Source: Eledone cirrhosa (Eukaryota). Taken from it: DNA of 64,000 nucleotides. The notes below the pieces were generated by a model. It had not been told where the DNA came from. It saw only the letters and a list, made by a program, of their open reading frames with translations, and searched no databases. The position numbers and the translations under genes are program-made. The DNA lies in assembly GCA_964016885.1 (NCBI GenBank), contig OZ024740.1, positions 168,454,001-168,518,000 on the forward strand. Reading direction: 5' to 3'. Below, piece by piece: positions 23,212 through 37,437 of this stretch; position 1 is the first letter of the stretch, and every line of letters starts with the position of its first letter.

Positions 23212-26200
23212 TTTTGGTGTGGGAGACTATTCATTAAATTTAAGATAAATACTATCTCCAACAGTAATTCCACAACTACCAGTCATGTTGAATAACTGGG
23301 TATTCTTCTAACTATATCTACTGAAGACACCTTTTATTCGAATTCGTAGAGATATCCGACTAAATACATAATTCATTTTACAAGGATTTGCTACAAACAG
23401 CATGGCTGAACACAACATCAACAGCAACAACATTAGGGATGTACGAAAAAAAACAACGAGAAACGTAAACAAAATTTATTCAGTTGTAGCTACAGAAGAA
23501 ACCGAAATTATAAATCGCATTTCTCTTGGATTGCGAACTTAATGATGATTTATTTAATTGTTATAAAATGGCAAAAAACAATCCCACCATTGGCTATATG
23601 AACAGAATGAAGCTACACTGGGACGAAATATCCCTTCACATCGAAACAATTATGCCAACAAGCGAAGTTTGTTGAACGTAAAAATAAGATAAATAGTATT
23701 AATTGTAAGTCTCCCACAACAAACATGTTATCAACAACACGTGCTACAGATCGCCATGCTACTAGACTTCCTAGCAGCCAGGTCGAACAGCGCCTTGAAA
23801 CAACTATGCCTGTAAGAAATTTGCCACCACGTGTACCATCTAAGTCTACCTCGAATGCTGGGGAAAACACTATCGATAATAATAATAATCAAAAGTATAT
23901 ACAATTGAAAATTTCCCTCAACGAAATCTTCCAGAGAGAAATTAATGACACCACGTGTACCACCTGAGTCTACATCGACTATTGTGGAAAATACTATCGA
24001 TAATGATAATAATCAAAAGTATATACAATTGAAAATTTCCCCCAACGAAATCTTCCAGAGAGAAATTAATTCATGTATAAATATCTCATTTGCTGAACGT
24101 CGTATTAAAACAACAATATTTAATAAAAAAAAAACAAATAATGAAATATTACGTGTTATCGACGAAATAGGGGATGACTATTTACGACGGATAAAAACCC
24201 CCAACATTTTGGCAAATCAACGCCTGTTTATATGCCTTAGCAACAACAGTGAATCATTATCTTCGTGATAACAGATATTAACAAGAAGAAAAAACCACCA
24301 AAAATACCATCATATATAACTAAAATAGAAAAAAAGATTGCTGACCTACGAAAAAACCATAGGATATGTGACAATGTTCCTTACATGCAAACAAACACAA
24401 AAAAATCTCACTCCTCACCAACAAAGAGTGAAAAATAAAATAGAGACGATGTTTGGTAACAGTAGAACCAGAACTCTTCAATATAAGCTGATCACCATCA
24501 AACAAGAATTGAGAGCTGTTAGCAAAAACGCCAATACCTGAAGAAGGTAGATGAAAGAAAAGTGCTTAATAAAAGATTCAGACGAAACCAAACATCAGTC
24601 TATAGAGATATGAAGGGCAAAATAATAAGTGTCACTAAGGCCCCATCCCAGAAAGACATAGATTCCTTTTGGATAAAAATATGGGGTGAAAAGAAGAATT
24701 TCAACCAAGATGCAGTGTGGCTAAAAGAAATTCAAAAGAATTATTGCTCCTACACTACAACAAAAACATACGAAAGAAGTGAAAATAATAACATTATAAC
24801 AGATGAACAAGCAGCTGGAAAGAAAGGGGTTTGAGGATGTGCTGAACAACTCCTAATCAACAAAACTGCAATGTCGGAGGTGTGACAACTTAGGAGGAAT
24901 ATTGCTACAGTGTGGCTGGACTACAGGAAAGCTTTCGATTCTGTTCCCTACTCTTGGATGATAGCAGCCCTCCAACTTGCTAAAGTCCCAGACATTATTG
25001 TCAGAGCCATAGAGAAGCTGTCTTCTTGGGCTACTATCCTAAAGTTAAAGACAGAGAGGGAGGATTCTATTTTCACTGATAAAATAAAATATTGCAGGGG
25101 TATATTTCAGGGGGACAGTCTCTCTGTGATATTATTCATCTTGTCATTAAACCCCTTGTCCTTTCTGCTCAAGAAATGTGAGGGATACATCATTGGCTCA
25201 CAGGAGGGCAGAAATACGAACCTAACCCATAATTTCTTTGCGGATGATCTGAACTCTAATCCAAGAACATGGATGGGATGAAGAAAAATCTTGACCTGGT
25301 TACAACGTTCTCAAAGGATATAGGAATGGAGTTTGGCCAAGATAAATGCTCATATATGACTGTAAAGCAGGGAAAAACAAAAACCCAATCTAGCAACATT
25401 GTCATTAATGGCCTAACTGTTTCACCGATATCTGATGAGGACTGCTACAGATACCTGGGGATAGATGAGAACATATCCTATAATGGTATCTGTAATAAGG
25501 AACGCGTAACCAGGGAATACTACACCCGATTAAGAAAGATTTGGTCATCGGAACTCTCTGCATAAAACAAAATGGTGGCTGTGCCTATCCTAACACCAAC
25601 GTTTCGAATACTCAATTGGACGATAGACGAAATCCGAGCAGTTGATGTTAAAACTCGAAAAATACTAAACAACACCGGAAACTTCCACATCAACAGTGAC
25701 ATAGACCACCTTCACTTGAAATGTAAGCAGGGAGGCAGAGGCCTAACATCAGTCCAGACAGCATTTGAATGTCGCATCATATCCCTCTGACAACATCTAC
25801 GAACCTCGAAGCGTAGGAGCCTGTCTCTCGAGCAAGTCTATCTGCATGAAACAGATAAGATATTCCCTGTGTGTTAATCAAAAACTCACACCCAGGGAAG
25901 TCGCTCAGCAATATCGCAGTGAATCCATGGATTTTCACTTATCAGCAAAAAATCATGCATGGATATGTTGCCAGGAAGCTCCAGAGCGAGAGTAATATAG
26001 ATAAGGAAAGTAGTCTATCTTGGACCAACAACCGCTATATTGGCTCCCACTTTGAAGGATACACTTTTGCAACCCAAGAACAGGAAATTAACATGAAATA
26101 CCTGATTCACAAAAGAGATAGTGATGCAGGCAAAACACCTAGATGTGATAACAAGTGCAGACTCTGCAGAATTAACATCGAAGATGTCACCCATGTCATC

Positions 26201-26980
26201 AGCAGCTGTCTAAAGATGTTATCGCGGTACTATCTACCTATGAGGCATGATGTAGTGGCCAAAACACTGTACAATGCAATCCGTAGAAAAGATAGCCCCG
26301 ATAATAAACACATTAAAAGCTACAGCAATGTGGAAGACATCCATATATATAATATGAAAGAGTACTGGTGGAATGTTCCAGTAAAAACCCCAATAAAATG
26401 CAGGCATAACAGACCAGATATTATGATATGGGACAGGGAAAAGAAAGCATGCACAGTAGTGGAAGTTAGCTGCCCAGCAGATGCCAATATAATATCAAAG
26501 ATTAGGGAAAAGGAGAATATTTATGCAGAACTGATGAGAAATCTGCAGATACTCCACCCTGATTACACCTTCAGATTTATGCCTGTGATTATTGGGGCAC
26601 TGGGGAATGTTAGTAACTGCCTCAATACAAATCTTGAGAAGTTAGCCTTCACAGGAACAGAAAGAACACAACTAGTTAGGAAATTACAAGTACAATCCAT
26701 TAATGGAACAGTAAAAATATGTAAAACATTCCAAAAATCTTGCATCTAATAACTGCATATACACATGTACAGATACAAAGCATATACACATGCACACATA
26801 CAATTCAAAACATACACATTCACACATACAATAACATCCGTATCTACACATGCATGCATGCATACATACATATCTACCTAGTTGATGTGTAAATTCCAAT
26901 GAGAGTATTGTGTCTATGTTAGAAACCGACTCTCTCTCTATTGGTAAAAATTTGTGAAATTATAAAACCAGAAAAACATG
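23212..26980 (+). mobile_element. R4/Dong-clade RLE non-LTR retrotransposon, near full length, disrupted
   Basis: RT motifs WLDYRKAFDSVP, RGIFQGDSLS, FADDL. CCHC knuckle CRLC..ED..H..S.C, RHD, and RLE NRPDIMIWD..VEVSC. Flanked by about 20-bp CATA-type direct repeats. Confidence 0.88.
23825..24070. repeat. 124-bp tandem duplication inside R4 element
   Basis: caccacgtgtacca...cttccagagagaaattaat at 23825-23946 and 23949-24070. Confidence 0.9.
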
Positions 26981-27337
26981 CATACACACATAAATACATA
27001 CATACACATACATACGCACACATACATACATACACTCACACACATACATACACACACGCACACACACACACACATACATATAAAGGATGTATTCGGCCAT
27101 CATCTATATGTTAGGATTGGCCTTCTGCTAAAGGTCAGTTGAGTTCCTCATTGGATTTTAGTTTAAAATATGCACTTATATGTGTCTAGATAATAAGATT
27201 ATGTGTGTGGGTAATTTGATTATATCTGTTTTTGTATAAATGCACATCCGGGTGTGGGTGTGAATGAGAGAAAGAGCGAGAGAAAGAGAGAAATAGTAAA
27301 AGATATTTGAATAAGAAATACTTTAAAACACACGTGC

Positions 27338-27400
<63 letters not shown>

Positions 27401-27589
27401 AGTGTGTGTGTGTGTATATATATTAGGAAGGGCCTTTGGCATTAGGAAGGCATCCAGCTGTAGAAAAGCAGCCAGAAACACTCCTATATGAACAGGACAT
27501 GGTCACCTGACCCAACTTGCCTCTAAATAGGACTAACCCATGCTAGCATGGAAGATAGACATTAATCGATGATGATGATGATGATGATC

Positions 27590-30500
27590 GGATTACCTTT
27601 CGAACATGCCCTGGCCTACCACTTGATGTACATCCAAAGCTACATGCTGCAGCTTCCTTAAATTGCAACTCAGCACAACATGAAAGCTTTAGCCTATGTG
27701 AAGATGGGCAGATATGGAAGTTTATTAAGTCAGGTGAAACATGGAAAAGTGGTACCAGCTGGTCTGAGCACATGGTACCCACAATAGCTGGCAATGAAAA
27801 ACCTGTGGGAAACTAAATCAGAACAACCTGCCATGCCCTATACATCATCATAAACTGAAATCAAAGTACCAATTGTTGTCCTTAAATGCGCATAGTTTAT
27901 GCAATAAGATACATCCTTTTGATTCTTATGTCAAAAGTATTGACCCTGATTTCATTACAGTCATGGAAACATGAGCACATTATTTACTTTGTGATGGGGT
28001 TTTCAGCATAGCTGGCTACAACTTGTTTCGCAAAGACCACATTAATCGTGGTGGTTGTGTGATGGTCTACGTTTGTTCAAACTTTTCAGCAATTCCTTGC
28101 GTTGATTTGAACCAATCACAACAAGAAGTATTTTTCTGTGATATACATATGACCATGTCAGCACTTCTACTTGGAGTTGTTTACCCCCCCCCCCCCCCCC
28201 CCCCAAAAAAAAATTACCATCAGGACACACAGCTTTGTGATATTCTCAGAACTGCTGCCAGGAAAACAGCCACTTATGTTTTTATTGCAGGCGACTTCAA
28301 TCACCCTGAGATTGATTGGGAAACCTTTTGTTGGCTGCAAAGTGCAAATGAATTCCTTGCGCTAGTGCTAGACTCAAACTGGTCCCAAGTAGCCACCTCC
28401 CCCACAAGAGGTGACAACACTTTGGATCTGCTCTTTACCACTACTCCTGAAATGGTTATTAGTGTCACTACTGAGGAACCTTTAGGTGACTCTGATCATG
28501 CTATGATCATTGCCAAATTGTCTCTTATGAGCAGTAACAAAACCACAACCATCTCCAAACTACTCACTTTGACTGGAATAAAGCAGACTGGAACTCTGGC
28601 TGAACCAAGCTATAACAGCCAAACTGGCTTCAATTTTACGATTCTGGAGATGTGAACACTATACTTCAGAACATCCTAAACTCAATATGGACAACATGTG
28701 CAGCCTCAGTACCACATAATCACAAAAAACATCCCAAAAGTGTAATTTGGGAGACTGCAGCAGTCCGACTTGCCAGGAAAGAACATTGTTATGCTGAATG
28801 GAAATATAAACTGCATAGATCAGATATCAATAGAAAAAAGCTCAATAAATCATCCAGCCATTTCAAGCAGGTGACAAAAAAGGCAGTGCTTGAATTTGAA
28901 CAGTGCATATCAACCAACACTGACAGAAAAGTGTTCTGGAAATATGTTCATTCAAAGCAGAGACCTCACTCTCCAGTTGGTCTGCTTTGCAATCTCCACA
29001 CAAACCAGATTACTGACGATCCCAAAGAATGTGCAGAACTCATTGCTGAATGCTATGCAAGCATTTTTACTTATGAAAACCAAAACGTACCATCTCCACC
29101 GCCTCTGACATCAAATTCTATAACAACTATGGAATTTACACCTGCAATGCTGCAACGTCACCTTAAGAATAAGTGAAACTATGCCTCTCCTGGTCTTGAT
29201 GGTTTTACGTACTTGCTTCTCAAACATGGTGGGTACTTTCTTCTGCACAGGCTTTCACCCTACTTCCAATTCTGTCTTAACTGTGTTACTCTGGAGCAGT
29301 GAAAAACTGCCAGTGTCATTCCTCTGTTCAAAAAGGGTGACTGCACGTTGCCTGTCACGTATCATCCAGTCAGTCTTACTAGCTGCATTGCTAAACTGAA
29401 AGAATCATGTGTCAGAGAAACACTCTGGAACTTCAGGAATTCTCACAGCCTTATCCAGCCCTTGCAATTTGGATTTATCCCTAGCTCCAGCTGCTGTGAT
29501 CAACTTATCAAGTTTCTTGAAGACATCACCTGGATCACTGATGGCGGTTCATGGGTGGATTTGTTTACCTTGACTTTGCTAAAGCTTTTAATTCTGTGCC
29601 ACACAAAAGACTTATGGCAAAACTCTCTGCAATGGGTGTGAAGGATGATATTTTTAACTGGTTGAAGTCCTTCATTCTCAGTCGAAAAGAGGTAGTCACG
29701 GTTCTAGGACACCATTCTTCACCCTATGAGATGTCATTTGGTGTACTGCAGGGATCTGTTCTTGGTCCCCTTTTGTTTGTTGCATATCTAGCAGTTAAAG
29801 TAATATTATGCCGTGTTGGCATAATAAGAATAAGAGAAATCATTATTATTTGTTGATAGCACACGAGGAGTTGTCCAGCTAATTATTATAGCGAGAAATG
29901 TAACGGTATATTAATTGTGAGAGAGAATCAAGGTTAGCAGGTTGTGAATGTTAATTGAGAAGTGTATGTTGTTCGTATAAAAGATGAATGTAAGAAGAAG
30001 TGAAGTTCAGTTGTAAGTCTTATAGTCACAAACGAAGTATAAAGCTGTTGTTGTGATAAATACCTTGGGAAAAGGATTCTTTCCATATCAAGTCCAGAGG
30101 CGATGGCTATGGTAAAAACATTATAACACCCGATAACATTTTTACATGTTTTATTTACAAACCGATTATATGTTGACATGTCATTTAAAAAGGAACAAAC
30201 AAATTAAGAATTAAGAAGGTACGGTCGACTGGCCGACCAGGCAGAAGTAGAGTTGTCGTTACATAATGGCTAGTGGTTTAACTGCAAGGAAAAAATGGTA
30301 TTTATACCTTTTCCCAAATAGGCAGCAACTGTTTTGTGAAAACAAAAGAAGCGGGAAAATCTTTGTTAGGGTGGAAATTGATATTCATATGCGACTCACA
30401 ATAGATCAACCAGTGACCTGATCACGCATGAATAGATTATTGATACACACCATGCAAGTAGCTCCGCTACACATATATTAATGACATAGATGCCAACTTA

Positions 30501-31372
30501 AAGAATGCCACAATACTGAAATATGCAGATGACATCAAGCTGTACCTTGAGATAAAAAGGACAGATCCTGAACACTATAGATCTTTCCTGCAATCGGACC
30601 TGGACACAATGCAGCAATCGATCAAGGACTGGCAACTCAAGCTGGCTGTGGACAAGTGTACCACCATGCATTTTGAGAGGAAAAACCCAGCATCCACATA
30701 CTCCCTCCACAACACTAATCTCAAGAAGTCTTCTTGCAAACGTAACCTGGGCATTTCTGTCAGCAGCGATTTGCATTGGACAAAACGCATCTCTAAAATT
30801 GTCAAGAAAGCCCAAGGGTGTCTTGGCTTCACTCAGCAAGACTTTTGTCAGTCGTTCTCCAGCTATCTATTTGAAGCTATGGTGCAGCCACACTTAGAAT
30901 TTGCATCACCAATCTGGAACCCCTATCTTGCTGGAAACTGTTCAGTGACATGCAACCAAGTGAATACCCTCCATCAGACATCGACCATACTCTGAACAAT
31001 TGCTTCCCTGAGCATGGATACATTGAAGCTCCAATATCTGGCAACTAACTTGGTGAACACCGACAAAATTATTAACCATCTTGCCAACAACAATCCTGAG
31101 CACCTTTTTGAATTTCATGTGTCTAACACACGTGGGCATGCCTACAAAGTGAGAAAACAGTACAGCTCCCATGACTTTCGGAAACATTTTTTCAAACTCA
31201 GAGTTGCTGAAGCATGGTACAAACTACCTGCATCCTTTAAAACCTCCATGCTTCCTGAACTCCGCCAACACTACACCTAATATTACCCCTCCATACACAC
31301 CTACACATGTATATCATGACTCATAAACTGTTTACTTTCCTGACATTATACATTATTCTATGTACTATACAT
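27590..31372 (+). mobile_element. CR1-like LINE copy 2 (5'-truncated in ORF1, interrupted by a solo LTR)
   Basis: Colinear with 9255-12325; more frameshifts. Confidence 0.9.
29787..30471 (-). mobile_element. Solo LTR (685 bp) with 4-bp TSD CATA
   Basis: CATA|TCTAGCAG...CCGCTACA|CATA. The empty site ggCATAtattaatgac is visible in CR1 copy 3 at about 36350. Confidence 0.85.
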
Positions 31373-31887
31373 GATATATATATATACACATAATATGTGT
31401 TTATGTTTATATATATATAAAGAAAGAAAGGTATATATACACACACACACACACACACACAAGTGTGATGGGTATGAAGGCTTTCAGATTTCAAGACTGT
31501 GTACTAGAGAAAACTGAGATGTTATTGAGTAGACAAAATGATAGTGGCATACTTACCCCTACTGATGCTGAAAAAAAAAAATGAGAGGCATGGAAGTACT
31601 TTTACAAAGGTTTGTTAAATTAGGAGATCCAACAGAGGGACCAGCATCGTGTAGCAATATTTTTGTAAATTATAACTAAGGCAAAGGAGATGCACCTTAC
31701 AACCCTCCCAGGAATAAGTGGGCAAAGAAAACAAAGAGAAGAATGTGTTTAGTCATAAGTTACAGTAAGTAGATTGTCAATTAGATGAAAAAGAGTATGT
31801 AGGACATAACCAAACTTTGAGATATATTCAAGTAAATGAAATGTAAGTTGGAAAAAATTTCATTGACACATACTTTTATGGAGTGAT

Positions 31888-32097
31888 TTAACCCTTTAGC
31901 ATTTAAACTGGAATTCTCTCACCATTTTTCTGTTCAAACCAGCTGTAACCAGTCACTCATACTGACATTAAGGTATTGTTCTTAAAATAAATAATATCAA
32001 AATCTCATAGATTCGATATTGTGTGAGATGATTATGTGAAATAAAGTGTTTACCGTGAAAATATAATAGTAAATATAAAGTAATGCTAAAGGGTTAA
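31888..32097. mobile_element. piggyBac-like MITE
   Basis: TTAA|CCCTTTAGCATT...AATGCTAAAGGG|TTAA. Confidence 0.75.
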
Positions 32098-32854
32098 AGA
32101 AAACTTCTAATCTAAGAGACAATACATTCCTCAAGTAGGCAACTTTGCTACCCAGTTCTCATACCAGATATGGTTGAGGAGTTTATTGATGTTGAGGGCA
32201 GCACATTTTTTTTTGTCAAAGTTCTTGTGGGAAAAAAGCACTAGTGACATACATTCCCACACTCCTACACACATAAGCTAATGAAGGAACCTCTATGTAG
32301 TCATTGAACCTGCAACAAATAACAATCACATTCTTTGAAATCACTTGACAAAAACCTACAAATGATTTCTAAATCTCTTACATCAGATATGCAAATTTGT
32401 TGAGAAAAGTCAGTTTCATTCTTTTATCTAGAAATGAATTTATGTAATTATGCAGTTTTTTCTTGTTTTTCTGTTTTTGAATGAACTATACTCAACACCA
32501 GTTTAGCCAAATTCATGATGCATAATCAAAGGTTATAACTTTAATCTTTGTTGCAACTGCTATGCTGTTCTCTAGTATTAAGGATCATCATCATTTAACG
32601 TCTATCTTCCATACTAGCATGGGTTTAGATATAATTATATCAGTCTACCTAGATCTACTCATATACTATGGGATCATTTACTGTTCTATTTTTTTATATA
32701 AGGGTTATTGCTATAGTTGTATCATTTTATAAAAATCTGTATCCTGTTCTACAATTGGTTGGTTTATTAACATTTTATGATATATATTGTACAAGAATCA
32801 TTGCAATATTTGTTTCATTCTATCCAAGACTCGTTCTATTCTACCAATGTTTTA

Positions 32855-33070
32855 TTAAACTTTTAGTATTTAAACCGGCCATATCCGGCCAGAATTTTCT
32901 TACCCCTTTCTATTTGAACTGGTTGGAACTGGCTGCTCATATTGATGTTAAGGTATTGCTCTCAAAATAAATAACATCAAAATCTCATAGATTCGATATC
33001 ATGTAAGATAAAGCCTTTTCTGTGAAAATACAATAGTAAATATAAAGTAATGTAAATGCTAAAAGGTTAA
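32855..33070. mobile_element. piggyBac-like MITE, second copy
   Basis: Internal similarity to 31888-32097 (aaggtattg..aaaataaataa..tcaaaatctcatagattcgatat) with degenerate TIRs. Confidence 0.7.
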
Positions 33071-36000
33071 AGGAAACAAATGGGCAGAATCTTTAGGGCA
33101 TCAAATGAAATAAATGCTTTGCAGTATTTGTTCTGGCTATCTGCGCTCAAATTTCACTGAAGTCACCTTTGCATTTAGGGGTTGATAGATAAAATAACAG
33201 TCTAGGACAGTGGATTGGTAGAATTGTTAAAACATGAGAATCCTTGCAGTATTTCTTCCAGCTCTGTGTCTTCTAATTTTAAACTCATCCATTGTCACTG
33301 GAAAAAAGGATGACCTGATAGGACAAGAGACTCTATCATAAAAATACCTAAGAAACCTCTAGTGAAATGCATTCTCATAGGAAGCCAGCTAAACCTATCA
33401 ACAGCAACAATAACAATAATGTTCTTTTACATATGATCGGAATAGTATTCTATTTTATTAACTTATGCAAGTATACATTCCTACCTCAAAGCTTATTCAA
33501 TAAACCAAAAATAAAAAAAATTTGGAATAAATTATTTTATGAAACAGATAAACATTGGCTACTATTGAGATCTGATCTCCATTGTATTCAGTCCCTGATT
33601 TTCCTCTGCCAAATTAGAATTAGATTATTGTAACAAAGGAATGAGCCTTATGAGGCGGAATGGCTGATGCAGCTGATATTGCTGGTTGATTTTCATGATA
33701 ACATCTTCACTAACTTGTCTGTGTGGCACGACTGTGATATGCTGTCCCACAGAAGGTGTAGAGTTCTTTTTTTTTTTTTTGTTAACTTTGATTATGTTAA
33801 TTTGAAATTATGTGTTTTTCATCTCATTGCAATTTACTTCATAAAGAGATAGATTACAATTTCCAATTATTGATAACAGCTAAGACTTAAACAAAACAAA
33901 GGCCAACAGAGTAAACATTTGTTTCATTTTTTTAATGTAAAGAATATTTTAAACTATATTGTTTCTTTTAGAAGTTATTTAAAGGTCAAACAAAATTTTA
34001 AATATTATTATCTAAACAAAAATCCATTGGTGTGAGCAGATGTTACCAATCAGCTGAAATGTCACTACATGGAATGAAATGACTCAATTAACATTTTTTA
34101 AGATGTCAAATCTAGTTGGTTCATTATATCATAATCTTTGTGGACAAATTTTGATTTAATTGGTAAGAATACTCTATAATGTAAGTTCCATAATCTATTT
34201 GGTTGATTATGAGATCTCTTATTACACCCAAAGATGTACTAAGGTTAATTCAAATGTCTTAACAATAATCAATCACTGTTCTTTAATATGAATGGAATAA
34301 GATTTTTCTGTTTCTTGTTAGCCCTACAGATCTTTGCTGTCTATTTGAAACATATCAGGCATTTCTACTGGTTATTATACAATTACTTTAATGTGTGAGA
34401 CAGATTTGTTGTATGCTGTTGTGAAGAAGATAAACATTATTACTTTAATAGTGCACTACTCACCTAGGAAATTGAAGACATTTTTTTCTGGAGACAAAGA
34501 TAAATGTAATTTTGTGAGGACTTATGATGAGTATGAAAATTAAATGATTTAAATCGTATTTAACTAGTTAATGTATCTATTTGTATTTACATATGGCAAC
34601 CCAGTACACAAAATCTGTTCATTCAAGCCAACTTTACCTACCATTTAGATAAGCTTTAGAAAAAACTGTTGTAGATTAAAACACAATTTTTCTATATAGG
34701 AGTATGTAGAATAGGACAAATCCTACTTTTGGACACACTAAGAAAGTGGATTTTCCTTGTGCATTGCTTACCCTGTCTCTATAAATGATTTATTTATAGA
34801 CCTGATTGATGCCTTTTGTTAGATACAATGACCTATCAACATTTTATGTCCACTCCCTTTTTCATCTAGAGAATGTTCTAGAACTTTTCAGTCACATAGC
34901 ATGACGGCGTGTTAAAACCAGATGAAAATTTCAATGTTTTGAAGAACCTCCAAAATTCTTTCCAATCTATGTCAATCAAATTCATATACTATGCTGGCCA
35001 TTCAAGTCAACAAATGTTGCTATAACTGCTCTTTAAGACTCCATGTGTTTGCATGTTCTTTAGAAACAAGAGAATTCTGCATTCACAAAGTGTTTATCAT
35101 TTACCCTAGCATTCATTAATACTCCCACAAAGTAAATGCATTCACATTACATTATTTTTTTTTTATCAGTAATACACTGGGTAATTGCTGGCCTTGTGCC
35201 AAAAGTAGAAACAATTATTTTTTATTGTAATTAATATTTTAGTCATTGTGTACATTACCATTTGTATGTAGTGTAGTAATGTAGCAATGTTAAATTAACT
35301 TTAGGTCATGTTAGGTCATGTTGGGGAACATAGACAACTGCACCATACTCTCTACTGGCTGCTCTCCCTCACCAAAACCATGTACTCAGTCAGCATTCCC
35401 CTTCCCCCTGTCTAATCACTGATGTCATCAAGTTGACTTTACATAGTATAAATAAAAAGAGACTATAATTTTGTACACAGTATTTTTTGCTTGTTTATTT
35501 AATAAATTGTTTTTTAATCTGCTGATTTCCTCACATTTAAGTTTTTCTCTTATATGCATTCACTACAAATATTTCCGTACAATATTAGCTCTACTTTAAT
35601 GTACCAACAAAGAATTTTAAAGAGAGAAGTGATAATCAATGAATTCTACTTTAATATTTTATTAGTATTAATATTTATTGATCTTGGATAGATGTAAAGT
35701 AGATCTAAGTGAGATTTGAACATAAGACTTAAAGATTTTCAACTAAATGCTGCTATAAAGCAATTAGCCCAGCATTCTACTATCTTGGCAATTTTCACCA
35801 CCTTTCAACATTTTCAATATTCTTTTATTTTGATGGAGCAGAAGTTTAATATTTGCCAAGAAGTTAATTCAATTGACTAAAGTATATTTTACTGACCCTA
35901 AAATCATGAAAAGTAAGGTCAAAATTGGCATAATCTGAACTCAGATCTCTGTGGCACAAAGATAAATAGTTTAAATTTCTCGTTTGCAGTTTACTATTTC

Positions 36001-36160
36001 TGGCAATTGTCCACATTTATTGCTATATTGCCATTATCATAATCATCACTTGAAAAGAAAGCAATGATTTTCAGCTGGAATCTTTTTAGTGAATTTTTTA
36101 CCTTTTTGAGCAGGTTTATGATCAGAAATGTTCCATCCATGACCATCTTATCTTTTATTT

Positions 36161-37437
36161 ATCTGTGCCACACAAAAGACTTATGGCAAAACTCTCTGCA
36201 ATGGGTGTGAAGGATGATCTTTTTAACTGGTTGAAGTCCTTCATTCTCAGTCGAAGAGAGGTAGTCACGGTTCTAGGACAGCATTCCTCACCATATGAGA
36301 TGTCATCTGGTGAACCACAGGGATCTGTTCTTGGTCCCCTTTTGTTTGTGGCATATATTAATGACATAGATGCCAACTTGAAGAATGCCACAGTACTGAA
36401 ATATGCAGATGACATCAAGCTGTACCTTGAGATAAAAAGGACAGATCCTGAACACTAGATATTGCCTGCAATCTGACCTGGACACAATGCAACAATGGAT
36501 CACAGACTGGCAACTCAAGCTAGCTGTGGACAAGTGTACCACCATGCATTTTGGGAGTAAAACCCAGCGTACACATACTCCCTCCACAACACTAATCTGA
36601 AGAAGTCTTCTTGTGAACGTGACCTGAGCATTAGTGTCAGAAGCGATTTGCGTTGGACGAAGTATGTCTCTAAAATTGTCAAGAAGGCCGAGGGTGTCTT
36701 GGCATCACTCAGCAAGACCTTTGTCAGCCGCTCACCAGCTATCTATTTAAAGCTGTATATAGCTATGGTGCGGCCACTTAAAATTTGCATTACCAGTCTG
36801 GAACCCCTATCTTGCTCAGAACATTGGCCGCCTGGAAACTGTTCAGGGACATGCAACCAAGCGAATACCCTCCATCATACTCTGAATGCCTTGCTTCCCT
36901 GGGCATGGATACATTGAAGCTCCGATGTCTGGCAACCGACTTGGTAAAAACCCACAAAATTATTAACCATCTTGCCAACAACCCTGAGTACCTTTTTGAT
37001 TTCCATGTGTCTAACACATGTGGGCATACTCTTTTACTCTTTTACCTGTTTCAGCCATCCGGCTGAGGCCATGCTGGGGCACCGCCTACAAAGTCAGAAA
37101 ACAGCACAGCTCCCAAGACTTTCGGAAACATTTTTTCACGCTCAGTGTTGCTGAGCATGGAACAAACTACCTGCATCAGTTATTAGCTGTCGAGACACTG
37201 CATCCTTTAAAACCTCCATGCTTCCTGAGATTTGCCAACACTACACCTAATATTCCCTCTCCATACACACGCACACATGTATATCATAACTCATACACTA
37301 TTCACTTCCCTGATATTTGTATATTATTCTATGTACTATACATGCACCTTTGACGAGTTGTAGTGCACCTGAGCACTGTACACAATAATTTCATTATTCA
37401 TTATTCATTATTCATTATTCATTATTCATTATTCATT
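36161..37437 (+). mobile_element. CR1-like LINE copy 3, 5'-truncated, (TTCATTA)n tail
   Basis: PQGSVLGPLLF, YADD, complete 3' UTR and about 7 tail repeats. Confidence 0.9.
37028..37083 (-). mobile_element. 56-bp SINE 3' tail inserted in CR1
   Basis: Reverse complement ggtgccccagcatggcc...gaaacaggtaaaagagtaaaagagt interrupts ggcatgcctacaaag, which is uninterrupted in the other copies. Confidence 0.75.

Noticed and set aside
33630-33770. GC-richer island with about 50 open codons on the minus strand
   Set aside because: No convincing splice sites or homology I can recognise.
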